Assembly (NCBI GenBank): GCA_040753175.1
Contig: JBFMEW010000016.1
Span: 27,732 to 91,731 of the forward strand
Source: Acidobacteriota bacterium
GTDB taxonomy: Bacteria > Acidobacteriota > Terriglobia > Versatilivoradales > Versatilivoraceae
Reading direction: 5' to 3'
Length of the DNA stretch: 64,000 bases
Within the stretch, counting starts at the first letter, position 1. Each line of letters opens with the position of its first letter. The translations under genes were made by a program, and so were the position numbers. Positions 56,411-64,000 of the stretch are shown in pieces. The notes below the pieces were generated by a model, which saw only the letters and a program-made list of their open reading frames with translations, searched no databases and had not been told where the DNA came from.

Positions 56411-56599
56411 ATGAAGCGGGTTTCGACGGGGTATGCCGTGTACGAGGAGTGGTACCGGGATGGACAGCTCGTTTCAAGCACAGAATTGGGAATGATCTTC
56501 CGCAATGCCTTCGAGGCTCGCCGCGGTATGGAAGAGCTGGCCCGCGTCGTCCGGCGGAGGGAACCAGATGTGGCTGTCGAGTTTGACCGTGCAGCCTGA
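56411..56599 (+). CDS. Small hypothetical protein downstream of the DUF4062-like gene
   Basis: 62-aa ORF MKRVSTGYAVYEEWYRDGQLV..EELARVVRRREPDV with AGGTGA 9 nt upstream. A longer version starts at 56384 and the ORF-track version at 56321. No family recognised. Confidence 0.3.
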   Translation: MKRVSTGYAVYEEWYRDGQLVSSTELGMIFRNAFEARRGMEELARVVRRREPDVAVEFDRAA

Positions 56600-56713
56600 A
56601 CTGACCCAACCCCAGTGACTCGGGAATCACGTGAGGAACACCGTGCAGTGTGGTTCTTGCAGAGCCCTTCCAATCCAGTTTCCCGATTTCCAGATCTCCG
56701 CTTCGGTGTGACC

Positions 56714-57904
56714 CTATCCCCTCCGGGCGGACAGCACTTCCTTCAAACGTTGAACGATGCGTTCCGGGTCGCCCTCCTGGAGCGTCTCCGGAAAAATAAC
56801 GAGCCGTCCGCTTGCCGCCAGGCTCTCGTACACCGCAATGATGGGGTCTCCCTCCTGGAGGGCGTTGATCACGTCCCAGGCCGTCAGGCCTGTTTTGAGG
56901 GAGTCGACCTGGATCTGTGCTTCGGGGACCGGCCGGCCGCCGTGGCTTGGAAAGACATGAGTGGTCTCGATTCCGCTGATTCTCTCCAGACCCGAGACGA
57001 TCGCCTGGATCCGATCTTTCCACAGCTGCAGCTCCGCCTGCAGGTCCCGCTTCTGGTACAGCTGAAGGGCGGTGATGAGTCCTGCAATCTCTTCCTTGGC
57101 GGCTTTGAACCCGCGGCCCAACCCGTGGTGCGGGGGGCCTTTCAGCACTCCTTCAGCAATGAGGTGGCGAAAGGGCCAGGTTTCCGGAAATACATCCATG
57201 TCCTGCTGCTGCAGGATGGCTGAAAGAATCAAGGGCTTCTTTCCGCACAGAATGCCGGTTGATTGAGGCCCCTGGATATGCTTGCCTCCGCTGAAGGCCA
57301 CCAGGTCAGCTCCCTCGGCAAGGTACTTCCTGAGGTTCTCCCGAGGTGGCAGGTCGGCGGCAGCGTCAACGATGACCGGCACACCTTTCCGGTGAGCGAT
57401 CTCAGTCACTGTGGTCAACGGCAAACCCTGGTTCCCAAAGCCCGCTAGAAAGAACACAGCGGCGGTTCGATCGCTGAGAGCGTCTTCCAATTCGTAGGGA
57501 AAGGTAACGTAGTTGTAGCCGACCTCCGCGATCTCCGCGCCTGCCACACGGAGCGCACGATCGTAGTCGTTGCGGTGCAGTCGCTGGATGACAATCTGGT
57601 TTCGCAGCCCGGCGGTGTCCGGCAAAGCATTCATCCGTGACGTGTTCAGTCCGGCCAGGCAGGCCGCCGCCGCCAGCGTCAGGGCGGCAGCGGCGCCTGA
57701 GGTGACCATTCCGGCTTCGGCGCCGGTGGCCGAAGCGATAACTCCGCTGGCTGCCTCCTGCAAGTCCTCGATTCTGACAAAAGACCGCGAGGCTTCCTGC
57801 ATGACGGCCAAGACCTCGGGAGCCATGAGACATCCGCCCACCTTGGTGCTGTAGCTGCGTCCGTTGATGACCGTGCGGACGCCCAGACGTCGATAAATAC
57901 TCAT
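56714..57904 (-). CDS. SelA-like PLP-dependent enzyme (DgaE / L-seryl-tRNA(Sec) selenium transferase-related)
   Basis: N-terminus VINGRSYSTKVGGCLMAPEVLAVM and the PLP-lysine region VAFSGGKHIQGPQSTGIL. Its ATG overlaps the PHP stop as ATGA. Confidence 0.75.
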   Translation of the reverse strand: MSIYRRLGVRTVINGRSYSTKVGGCLMAPEVLAVMQEASRSFVRIEDLQEAASGVIASATGAEAGMVTSGAAAALTLAAAACLAGLNTSRMNALPDTAGLRNQIVIQRLHRNDYDRALRVAGAEIAEVGYNYVTFPYELEDALSDRTAAVFFLAGFGNQGLPLTTVTEIAHRKGVPVIVDAAADLPPRENLRKYLAEGADLVAFSGGKHIQGPQSTGILCGKKPLILSAILQQQDMDVFPETWPFRHLIAEGVLKGPPHHGLGRGFKAAKEEIAGLITALQLYQKRDLQAELQLWKDRIQAIVSGLERISGIETTHVFPSHGGRPVPEAQIQVDSLKTGLTAWDVINALQEGDPIIAVYESLAASGRLVIFPETLQEGDPERIVQRLKEVLSARRG

Positions 57905-58851
57905 GAGTTCTCCTCCCGCGGTTTGGTGTTCGGCTCAAAAGCCAGGGCCCGAGCGGGATTGGCGACGGTCATTTTTGCAATCTTCTCTTCGGCCACGCCC
58001 AGGCTTCGCAGCAAAGGCAAGAATTGTCTCTGGAGGTGATCGTAGCCTTTGCCGCCGTAACTGTGCAGGTGCTGCTTGGTACAGATATCCAACGAGAGAA
58101 GAATTTGATCCTCAAAGCCGTCTTGGATCAATTCCAGCACATTCCGCCCCCGCACTTCGTCGGGTGGATAACCATCGCCCTCGTACCCGATGTTGTCGAT
58201 TCCCAGGAAGACCCCCTGCTCCGCGATGTGTTTGAAGTGGTGGGCGCCAAAGCGGTCGCCGAGATGACTGATCACGATTCGGCTCGAAGGGACTCCTTCC
58301 TCGCGCAGCAACGCGATTTGTTCCAGAGCCAGCTCCCCAAAATGGGTGGTGTGGGTCCAGATGGAAACCCCGGTCTGCCGTTGGGCCCGCGCCGATGCTC
58401 GAAACACCCGTTCCTGTGCGGGCGTGATGTGATAGCGCTCCGTGCCGATTTCGCCGATGACGCCGGCCTGGATGTCCGATCCTTCGGCACCGAGGGTGAT
58501 GTCTTCGATAATTTTGCGAGCCAGCGCATTGGTGTCGAGTTCATAGACGCAGGCCGGGTAGACTTCCTCTCGATACCAGGCGCTGCCCATGACGACGTGA
58601 ACTCCGGTGGCCTTTGAAATGCGACGCAGACCTTGGGGATTGCGTCCCAGTCCGATGCTGGAGACTTCCACCACCGTTCGTCCTCCAGCCTCCCGATATC
58701 TCGAAAGCTCCGTGGCGGCCAGGTTCTCGTCGTGCAGAATCCCGTCATAGCTTCGGACGATCGGCCATAGGTCGCACAAGAGATGTTCGTGCGACAAAAC
58801 AAACCCGGCTTCCTCCGGCGCTATCGGGCCGTTGACGGTCATGATGATCAT
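57901..58851 (-). CDS. Phosphotriesterase-homology protein (PHP/PTE, amidohydrolase superfamily)
   Basis: Metal-binding GFVLSHEHLLCDL at the N-terminus, a TIM-barrel pattern and about 316 aa. Its ATG overlaps the upstream gene's stop as ATGA. Confidence 0.85.
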   Translation of the reverse strand: MIIMTVNGPIAPEEAGFVLSHEHLLCDLWPIVRSYDGILHDENLAATELSRYREAGGRTVVEVSSIGLGRNPQGLRRISKATGVHVVMGSAWYREEVYPACVYELDTNALARKIIEDITLGAEGSDIQAGVIGEIGTERYHITPAQERVFRASARAQRQTGVSIWTHTTHFGELALEQIALLREEGVPSSRIVISHLGDRFGAHHFKHIAEQGVFLGIDNIGYEGDGYPPDEVRGRNVLELIQDGFEDQILLSLDICTKQHLHSYGGKGYDHLQRQFLPLLRSLGVAEEKIAKMTVANPARALAFEPNTKPREENS

Positions 58852-61328
58852 GATCTTGCTCTCCTGATCGGTGCTCGTTCCAACGCTGGTTTCCGTTTTT
58901 CGACCGAACTCTTCTCGGAGGGATTCAGCCGCGCACGAATCTTCTTGAGCGCGGCCAGCCAGCTCGGGATCTCGCCTCCCGAAGGGTCTATCACGTCGAT
59001 CTGGAAGGACCGATGAATGTAGGATTCGAGGGAACTGATTCCCGCCGAGAGGGCTGCCACAGTTCCGTCCCGGTTGTCGCCGGAAGCAAACCAGGAGTGC
59101 AACCCGGCCAGCAAGCGGCTGAACCGGACGCCCACCTCCAGGCAGCGCAGCTGATGTTCCAGGTCCGGCCGGCTCTCGGGCCTTAAATCGCTCTCACCCA
59201 GCGCCGCCTTCAGATGTTCAATGCCCTGCTCGGTAATGGCCGCCCACTTCATCCATCGCGACTCCAGATTGGAATGATAAGCCTCAGGGCTAAGGCCTTT
59301 CTCGCTCAGGAATTTCTTAAGCGTTGGTTCCTGAATATCGTTGGTCCAACCCGCCGAGTCGACTGCCAGATTGCGCCACAGCACGGACAGCGGATAAAGC
59401 TTCTGCCACATGCCGGGGGGAGTTTCGTTGTCGTTTGCGGCCAGGAAGTTCCTCTGCATTTCGGCCAGGTGCCGACCGGCACGAGGGCCATAGAGCCAAT
59501 CGCAAACCCGCTCCAGCGTCCCACCTGCCTCAAATAACGCTGCGGGACGAGCTTCGTTGGTTTGATAGCCGCGCCACAATCCGAGAGCTTCGTCGTAGGA
59601 ACGTGGCTCCTGAAAAAAGCCGTTCGAGCGCGTGTTCCAGCTGTACTCGGCGTTGATCAGCTGCAACGGTTCCTGATTGAAGCCGCTGCTACCGTTGTAA
59701 ATGCCTTCCGAGCCGAGGAAAGAGCGGTTCATCGCAGGTGAGGCCACTACGGGGTAATCACTGAGGTAGTAGTTGCCGCCCCCAGCGAAGAACAGGAAGA
59801 TCTTGAAGGGCAATCCTGCCTGAGACATGGTTTTATTGAAGTCCGACGTCCACTGGCGGTTCGAGCCTTTCAGCGGGAAGATTTCTCTGAAGCAGATCTC
59901 CACGTTGGGTGATTTGGGCAACTGCCTTCCAATGTTCTGCCAGAGCTCCAGGACATTCTCCCAATCCTCTTGCGATGTCGGGTCGGCGTCATAAACCGGA
60001 GAGACCAGGATGATGGTGCAATCGCGAGCGGCGTCATATCCGCTTTGAGGGTTCCTCACAGACTGGACGGTTTCGATGAGCGTCCGATATCCGGCGGCGA
60101 GACCTCCGGCTCCTCCCTGCACGGCCTTGAGATCGTCGCTGGGCCAGCGCTTCCGGCAGCGTTCGCATCGTTGCAGCCAGGACCGCTGACTGCCCTCGAA
60201 TCCGCCGAAGTCCTCGTGATGAATATAGAAACCGCCCGGCTCCGTTCGAGCCACATAGTTCTTGAGTTCAGCGGCTTTGAGATCATTCAATGGCTCGTTG
60301 GCCCGGCAACTGCCCAGCGTGCGGGTATCGATGGAGGGAGTCTTGGAGTAGGAGAATCCCATGCATTGATAAACTTTTCCGTTGGGATAGGACTCTCTGT
60401 TCGTGAAGACCTGCCCAAGGTAGGGTGCTGCTTCATAGAGTGGCCCCGATTGGTAGGCGATTCCATAGCTTGCGCCGTAGCCGCCGGTCACCAGCTTGAT
60501 ACCCCGATCTCGGGCGTAGCGGTTCAAGTCTTTCATCATGTCCGCAAAACCGGGGAAGAAATCCGTGCCCCATCCAAAGCCGTGCGCCAGGACCATATTG
60601 ATCTTGTAGCGCGTGCAGAGATCCAGCTTTCTCCTGAGGCGGGCCGTATAACCCTGAATCCCATCGCCCCAGTCGTAGGACCAGCGGTTGATCTCGACGT
60701 TTAACAACCAGTCGGCGGCCATCCGATACCGGAAGTCAGGAAAATCGCGAATATGAATCGCCGGGATTCGCAGAGTGTCCTGCGAAGTTGTCATGAGCTG
60801 TACCAGCGAGGCCGCCGCATGGAGAATCCCTTGTTCCTGCTGCCCGATGAGCAAGATGGTCCGGTCCGCGGGCTTGACAACGAGCACGTACTCCTGGCCG
60901 GTACGTTCGGGGCCGGATAGGAGACGGCGATCGTCTTCGACCAGATCAAAGTCGAGCCGCCTTTGAGCCGACTCGGAGAAGGACAGCATGACAATCTTGA
61001 GCGTGGGGGAGCCTGCCGATGGTTTGGGTCTTTCGGGCTGTAATCCGAGGTCTCTCATCCGCGAAGAAATCAGCTCCTTCGCAACCTCCACTGCCGGATG
61101 ACGCCGACGGGGTAGTAAGAATTCGATTTGAGGTTGCGTTTTATTGAGCAGCAGTTCTCCCTGATCCAGCCGGTAGAACTGTGGTGTCGGGAAGACTGGA
61201 GGCGGCTCGGCCGGCACGGCACGGCCTGGCATGACCGAGATGAGCATGACCCAAGCGATCGCCATCACCCGGCCCCTGTTTTTCAACCTCAGCCTCTCTT
61301 TCTCTGGGGACAGCAACACCTCAGTCAT
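58848..61328 (-). CDS. Large secreted hypothetical protein, possibly GH20/GH84-like TIM-barrel glycosidase
   Basis: 826-aa ORF with a signal-like MAIAWVMLISVMPGRAVPA. IRDFPDFRYRM resembles the I.D.P.F..RG boundary motif of GH20/GH84 catalytic domains. The family call is weak, but the coding call is strong given its length and operon coupling. Confidence 0.6.
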   Translation of the reverse strand: MTEVLLSPEKERLRLKNRGRVMAIAWVMLISVMPGRAVPAEPPPVFPTPQFYRLDQGELLLNKTQPQIEFLLPRRRHPAVEVAKELISSRMRDLGLQPERPKPSAGSPTLKIVMLSFSESAQRRLDFDLVEDDRRLLSGPERTGQEYVLVVKPADRTILLIGQQEQGILHAAASLVQLMTTSQDTLRIPAIHIRDFPDFRYRMAADWLLNVEINRWSYDWGDGIQGYTARLRRKLDLCTRYKINMVLAHGFGWGTDFFPGFADMMKDLNRYARDRGIKLVTGGYGASYGIAYQSGPLYEAAPYLGQVFTNRESYPNGKVYQCMGFSYSKTPSIDTRTLGSCRANEPLNDLKAAELKNYVARTEPGGFYIHHEDFGGFEGSQRSWLQRCERCRKRWPSDDLKAVQGGAGGLAAGYRTLIETVQSVRNPQSGYDAARDCTIILVSPVYDADPTSQEDWENVLELWQNIGRQLPKSPNVEICFREIFPLKGSNRQWTSDFNKTMSQAGLPFKIFLFFAGGGNYYLSDYPVVASPAMNRSFLGSEGIYNGSSGFNQEPLQLINAEYSWNTRSNGFFQEPRSYDEALGLWRGYQTNEARPAALFEAGGTLERVCDWLYGPRAGRHLAEMQRNFLAANDNETPPGMWQKLYPLSVLWRNLAVDSAGWTNDIQEPTLKKFLSEKGLSPEAYHSNLESRWMKWAAITEQGIEHLKAALGESDLRPESRPDLEHQLRCLEVGVRFSRLLAGLHSWFASGDNRDGTVAALSAGISSLESYIHRSFQIDVIDPSGGEIPSWLAALKKIRARLNPSEKSSVEKRKPALERAPIRRARS

Positions 61329-61355
61329 GATCTCCGCGGTCGTGCCTCGGGCAGT

Positions 61356-62330
61356 TCAGCCGGTTCCGGCCAAAGTGTAAGCCTGCTCGATCAACCGCTG
61401 ACTGACCAGCGATTCCTCGGGACGAGGATCAGGGCGGCGGCCCTGGGAAACGGCCGCCACAAACTCCTCGAGAGCTGCCCTCATGCCCACCAGAGCCCGC
61501 ACCGCGATGGAGGACCCTTTGGCGAAGCAATCTTGCTGGCGGAGCGACTGCGCGGCCTGCAGTTTCCAACCACCCCAGCAATCGACGCGCAGAGTTCCTC
61601 GTGTTCCATACAAGGTGATCTCGCCCTCGAGGTCTTGGCCTTCCCTTCTCCAATTCAAAAGGACTTGAACCGGCGTATCGTCTCCCGCGGTGAGTGAGAA
61701 AACCGCCGTATCCTCGACGTCGCCGAGAGCCTGGGAACACCCAAACCAGGCCGAACGCAGTGACAGCGGCTTGCCCACGATCCAGGCGACGTGATCGATG
61801 AGATGAATTCCGCTGGTCAGCCCGACTCCTCCCCCGGCTTGAGTTCGGGAGAGCATCCAGGCGGGCAGCGACCCGAAGAGCCCGATGCTTTCCACCACCG
61901 TGTCGGTGACGGCCAGGACCTGGCCGATGGCTCCGTTTTGAACCAGCCGCCGGGCCTCAATGATCGGAGGCATGAAGCGGTGCGTCATTTCGACCATGAG
62001 CACCTTGGAAGCCCGTTCAGCCAGTCGGCAGAGTCGCTCTCCAGCCGCCACGCTGACGGCCAGAGGCTTCTCGACCAGCACATGTTTGCCGGCATCTAGG
62101 GCGTCAGCGGCCACTTGCTCGTGCAGAAAGTGGGGCAGGCAAACCGTGACAGCCTGAATGGCCTCCTCCCGCAGCAAGTCATGATAATCTTCAAAGACCG
62201 GTAGTGACAGATCGGCCGTTCGCGCCGGGTCCGTTTCCGAAACAGCTGCCAGTTTTGCTCCGGGAAGGGTACTGAGGGCACGGGCATGCTGTTGACCCGT
62301 GTAACCATAGCCGATGATGCCCAGATTCAC
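61356..62330 (-). CDS. Gfo/Idh/MocA family oxidoreductase
   Basis: Rossmann N-terminus NLGIIGYGYTGQQHA and an EKPL motif (LVEKPLAVS). GTG start is preceded by GGGAGGG. Confidence 0.85.
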   Translation of the reverse strand: MNLGIIGYGYTGQQHARALSTLPGAKLAAVSETDPARTADLSLPVFEDYHDLLREEAIQAVTVCLPHFLHEQVAADALDAGKHVLVEKPLAVSVAAGERLCRLAERASKVLMVEMTHRFMPPIIEARRLVQNGAIGQVLAVTDTVVESIGLFGSLPAWMLSRTQAGGGVGLTSGIHLIDHVAWIVGKPLSLRSAWFGCSQALGDVEDTAVFSLTAGDDTPVQVLLNWRREGQDLEGEITLYGTRGTLRVDCWGGWKLQAAQSLRQQDCFAKGSSIAVRALVGMRAALEEFVAAVSQGRRPDPRPEESLVSQRLIEQAYTLAGTG

Positions 62331-62519
62331 GCACCCTCCCTATATTCGAACCGAGGTTACTGAGACCGAAGCCGTTCGCCCGTCTTCGAGCTGATTCGGT
62401 GGGATAGGGTCTTAGCAAACTCTGGGATTCCTTGTGTGTCAAGAAGAAATCGGCCAACGTCACCTTGGCCGGGAGTGTTCAGACGGAAAAATCGAAGGAC
62501 AAAGCCGAGGGAGAAACTC

Positions 62520-63347
62520 ATGCGGATCGGAGGATGCTCGTTTGCTTTTGGTCCCAAGCCGTTGGCTGAGGCTGCTCGCATCCTGAAGGGCTTTGGGTTT
62601 CAGACGGTGGATCTCGGCGCCTGCCTGGGCAACACGCAGGTCAATCCGTTTGAAGCTTCAGGCCATCCGCAGGAAACAGCGGACACCGTCAACCGCTGCC
62701 TGGATGACCTGGAATTGGAGCGGGGCGAGTGTTTCGTTTTGGATTTCGGCGAGCCCCTCAATCATCCGGATCCTGAAGTACGCCGCGAAACCCAAACGCG
62801 ATTCAAGCCTCTGGCTCGTTTCGCCCGCCTTGCCGGCTTTCGAAGTGTCATGCTGATCCCCGGCATCGTCCACCACTCACTCGGCAGGGAAAAATCCTAC
62901 GAGCTTGCGGCCACCGAACTGGGAGTCTTGTGTCGGATCGCCGAGGATGAAGGGGTCCTCTTGAACATCGAGCCCTGCGAGCCCTCGGTGATCCAGGATC
63001 CCGGCGACGTTGCGCGGATGTGCGAAGAGGTCGCGGGATTGGGGTTAACACTCGACTATTCGCACTTCATCGATCCCGGTTACCGCCAATCCGAGGTCGA
63101 AGTCCTGCATCGTTATGCCCGGCATTTCCATGCCCGCCAGGCTGCACCGGGCAAAAGAGTGGAGACGGTGGCACAAGGGACGATCGACTTCAAGCGGGTC
63201 GTTTCGCTGCTGGAGCAGGCGCGCTATGAAGGGATTGTTGCCGTCGAATATGTGGAATGCGAGACCACCCGGCAGTGTGGCGTGGACGTGTGGCAGGAAA
63301 CTCCGCTGATGCGTGCGGAGCTGGTCAGGTTGTCGTTCGAGTCGTAG
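62520..63347 (+). CDS. Sugar phosphate isomerase/epimerase (xylose isomerase-like TIM barrel)
   Basis: ATG at 62520 is preceded by GAGGGAG. The pattern GFQTVDLG .. LNIEP .. LDYSHF .. VAVEY is typical of AP_endonuc_2/TIM-barrel isomerases. Confidence 0.78.
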   Translation: MRIGGCSFAFGPKPLAEAARILKGFGFQTVDLGACLGNTQVNPFEASGHPQETADTVNRCLDDLELERGECFVLDFGEPLNHPDPEVRRETQTRFKPLARFARLAGFRSVMLIPGIVHHSLGREKSYELAATELGVLCRIAEDEGVLLNIEPCEPSVIQDPGDVARMCEEVAGLGLTLDYSHFIDPGYRQSEVEVLHRYARHFHARQAAPGKRVETVAQGTIDFKRVVSLLEQARYEGIVAVEYVECETTRQCGVDVWQETPLMRAELVRLSFES

Positions 63348-63526
63348 GCGTAACCGGAAGTGGTGATCCGGTTGGTTGAAGCGCTGTAGGAGAAAGAGGA
63401 AGCGGGTCCCGAACCCTTGGTCATGGTCTGGCTGGTGCGGTTCGCAAATCCGTCGTAACTGAAACTCAATCCCCAGGTCGGTCCTGCGGTGCCGGTCTCA
63501 TCAATCGTCGCGATGCGACTGGGCGA
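63348..63526 (-). pseudogene. Orphan YD/RHS-repeat fragment
   Basis: The minus-strand frame reads (stop)SPSRIATIDETGTAGPTWGLSFSYDGFANRTSQTMTKGSGPASSFSYSASTNRITTSGYAYDSNDNLT. It has two YD-type units (SYDGFANRT, YAYDSNDNLT), is bounded upstream by TAA at 63527-63529, has no start context, and runs into the isomerase gene. Confidence 0.45.
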
Positions 63527-63543
63527 TTATCCGAACCCTCTGT

Positions 63544-63880
63544 CCCGGCCTTGAAAGGCCGGGCTAGGTTCAAACGTCGCTACGCGACTCAACTCCGTGC
63601 CGCGTGAGCGGCACGGCGCGGTTAACAGGCCCATGCAATTGGGACTACGGTCTTCGTCCCAACCCGACTCAAACCGTGAGACTGGCACCGCCAGCACAGC
63701 GTCTGAAACCGCCAAGAAGGCAAAGGGAAACACGGCTGTTGCATGGCGGAGAAATTTCTGGCTCCTCTGAATCCAGCGACGGATAGGGATTTGCAGACGC
63801 TGTGCAGAAGGAGCCCTGCAGATACCACTCAATACCAGGCCTTTCACGTGCAAACACTGCTTTGCACGCAACTAACAAAA
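63544..63880. other. Hairpin-dense non-coding region (candidate structured RNA or element end)
   Basis: No credible ORF. Local hairpins: CCCGGCC-TTGAAA-GGCCGGG (63544-63563), GTCGC-TAC-GCGAC (63576-63588), and a 9-bp stem with GTGA loop (63595-63616). Longer-range pairs: a 12-nt pair at 63694-63705 / 63794-63805 enclosing a nested CCGCCA/TGGCGG pair (63709-63714 / 63744-63749). Also the palindrome AGAAATTTCT (63750-63759) and GTGCAAA/TTTGCAC (63848-63867). Confidence 0.4.
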
Positions 63881-63913
63881 GCTCGCGTGCAAAATTCAGG
63901 TCGAAACCCCAGC

Positions 63914-63960
63914 CTTCTCCCCGCCGGTCGGGGAGAAGGGGGACCGGCCGTGAGGCCGGT
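63914..63960. repeat. REP-like double hairpin, related to the 41284-41369 units
   Basis: CTTCTCCCCGCCGGTCGGGGAGAAG (63914-63938) is the same hairpin core as at 41285-41309. It is followed by ACCGGCC-GTGA-GGCCGGT (63943-63960). Confidence 0.6.
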
Positions 63961-64000
63961 GGATGAGGGGCCAGTCATCGACGGAGCACCCCTCACCCGG

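Noticed and set aside
56293-56673. A 126-aa minus-strand ORF lies opposite the small ORF downstream of the DUF4062-like gene.
   Set aside because: Its composition is Ser/Arg/Thr-rich and low in complexity. It has no SD, and it overlaps the 3' end and terminator-like hairpin of the plus-strand gene.
63595-63616. The 9-bp stem with a GTGA loop looks like a candidate group II intron domain V, possibly from an intron that disrupted the RHS gene.
   Set aside because: There is no AGC catalytic triad, no 2-nt bulge, no GUGYG 5' end and no domain VI, and no reverse-transcriptase ORF in the window. The strand with the GNRA loop would also put the intron body inside the isomerase gene.
1-64000. I looked across the whole window for CRISPR arrays, rRNA or tRNA genes, integrases, transposases, phage structural genes and known defence genes (RM, Cas, Abi, TA).
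   Set aside because: None were found by eye. There are no regularly spaced repeats longer than two units, no cloverleaf-compatible sequences in the intergenic regions I inspected, and no DDE, tyrosine-recombinase or serine-recombinase-like ORFs.

Overview
This is a high-GC chromosomal segment: hand counts on typical 60-nt lines give about 60-63% GC. The gene content looks Acidobacteriota-like, which is an inference from a Ser/Thr kinase-TPR fusion, a CarboxypepD_reg-type TonB-dependent receptor, a giant double-FtsX permease, PQQ-like beta-propellers and a PadR-RND operon. I can support about 50 protein-coding genes. I saw no rRNA, tRNA, CRISPR array, transposase or integrase. The blocks, left to right, are as follows. 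(1) Kinase, a stand-alone HAO-like octaheme cytochrome c, and an aldo/keto reductase. (2) A pdhA-pdhB-E2 operon ending in two tandem lpd paralogs. (3) TPR-dus. (4) A LuxE/PaaK-like adenylating enzyme, a LuxC/ALDH-like reductase, a GT4 glycosyltransferase and an orphan ABC ATPase. (5) An arsenic island: arsR, a small Cys-rich ORF, an arsD-AhpD-like fusion, arsA, acr3, and a divergent arsC. (6) padR-tolC-RND-MFP. (7) A VOC protein, a 1172-aa double-FtsX permease and a beta-propeller. (8) fdhD, a small membrane ORF, a ROK kinase and a VOC protein, followed by an aquaporin, a REP-like repeat cluster, a DASS transporter and an alkaline phosphatase. (9) A sugar ABC binding protein and permease without an ATPase, plus a Gfo/Idh/MocA oxidoreductase. 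(10) An EF-hand beta-propeller, a TonB-dependent receptor and an MFS transporter. (11) A roughly 1.6-1.8 kb lower-GC insert encoding a 513-aa protein. Its N-terminus reads like DUF4062 (TIR/deoxyribosyltransferase-like), and its C-terminal half is unrecognisable and internally duplicated. This is my best candidate for an undescribed conflict or defence-type system. (12) A translationally coupled Gfo/Idh/MocA, GH20-like, PHP and SelA-like operon plus a sugar-phosphate isomerase. (13) A YD/RHS gene fragment and a hairpin-dense non-coding stretch at the right edge. All family calls come from motif recognition by eye. No searches were run.
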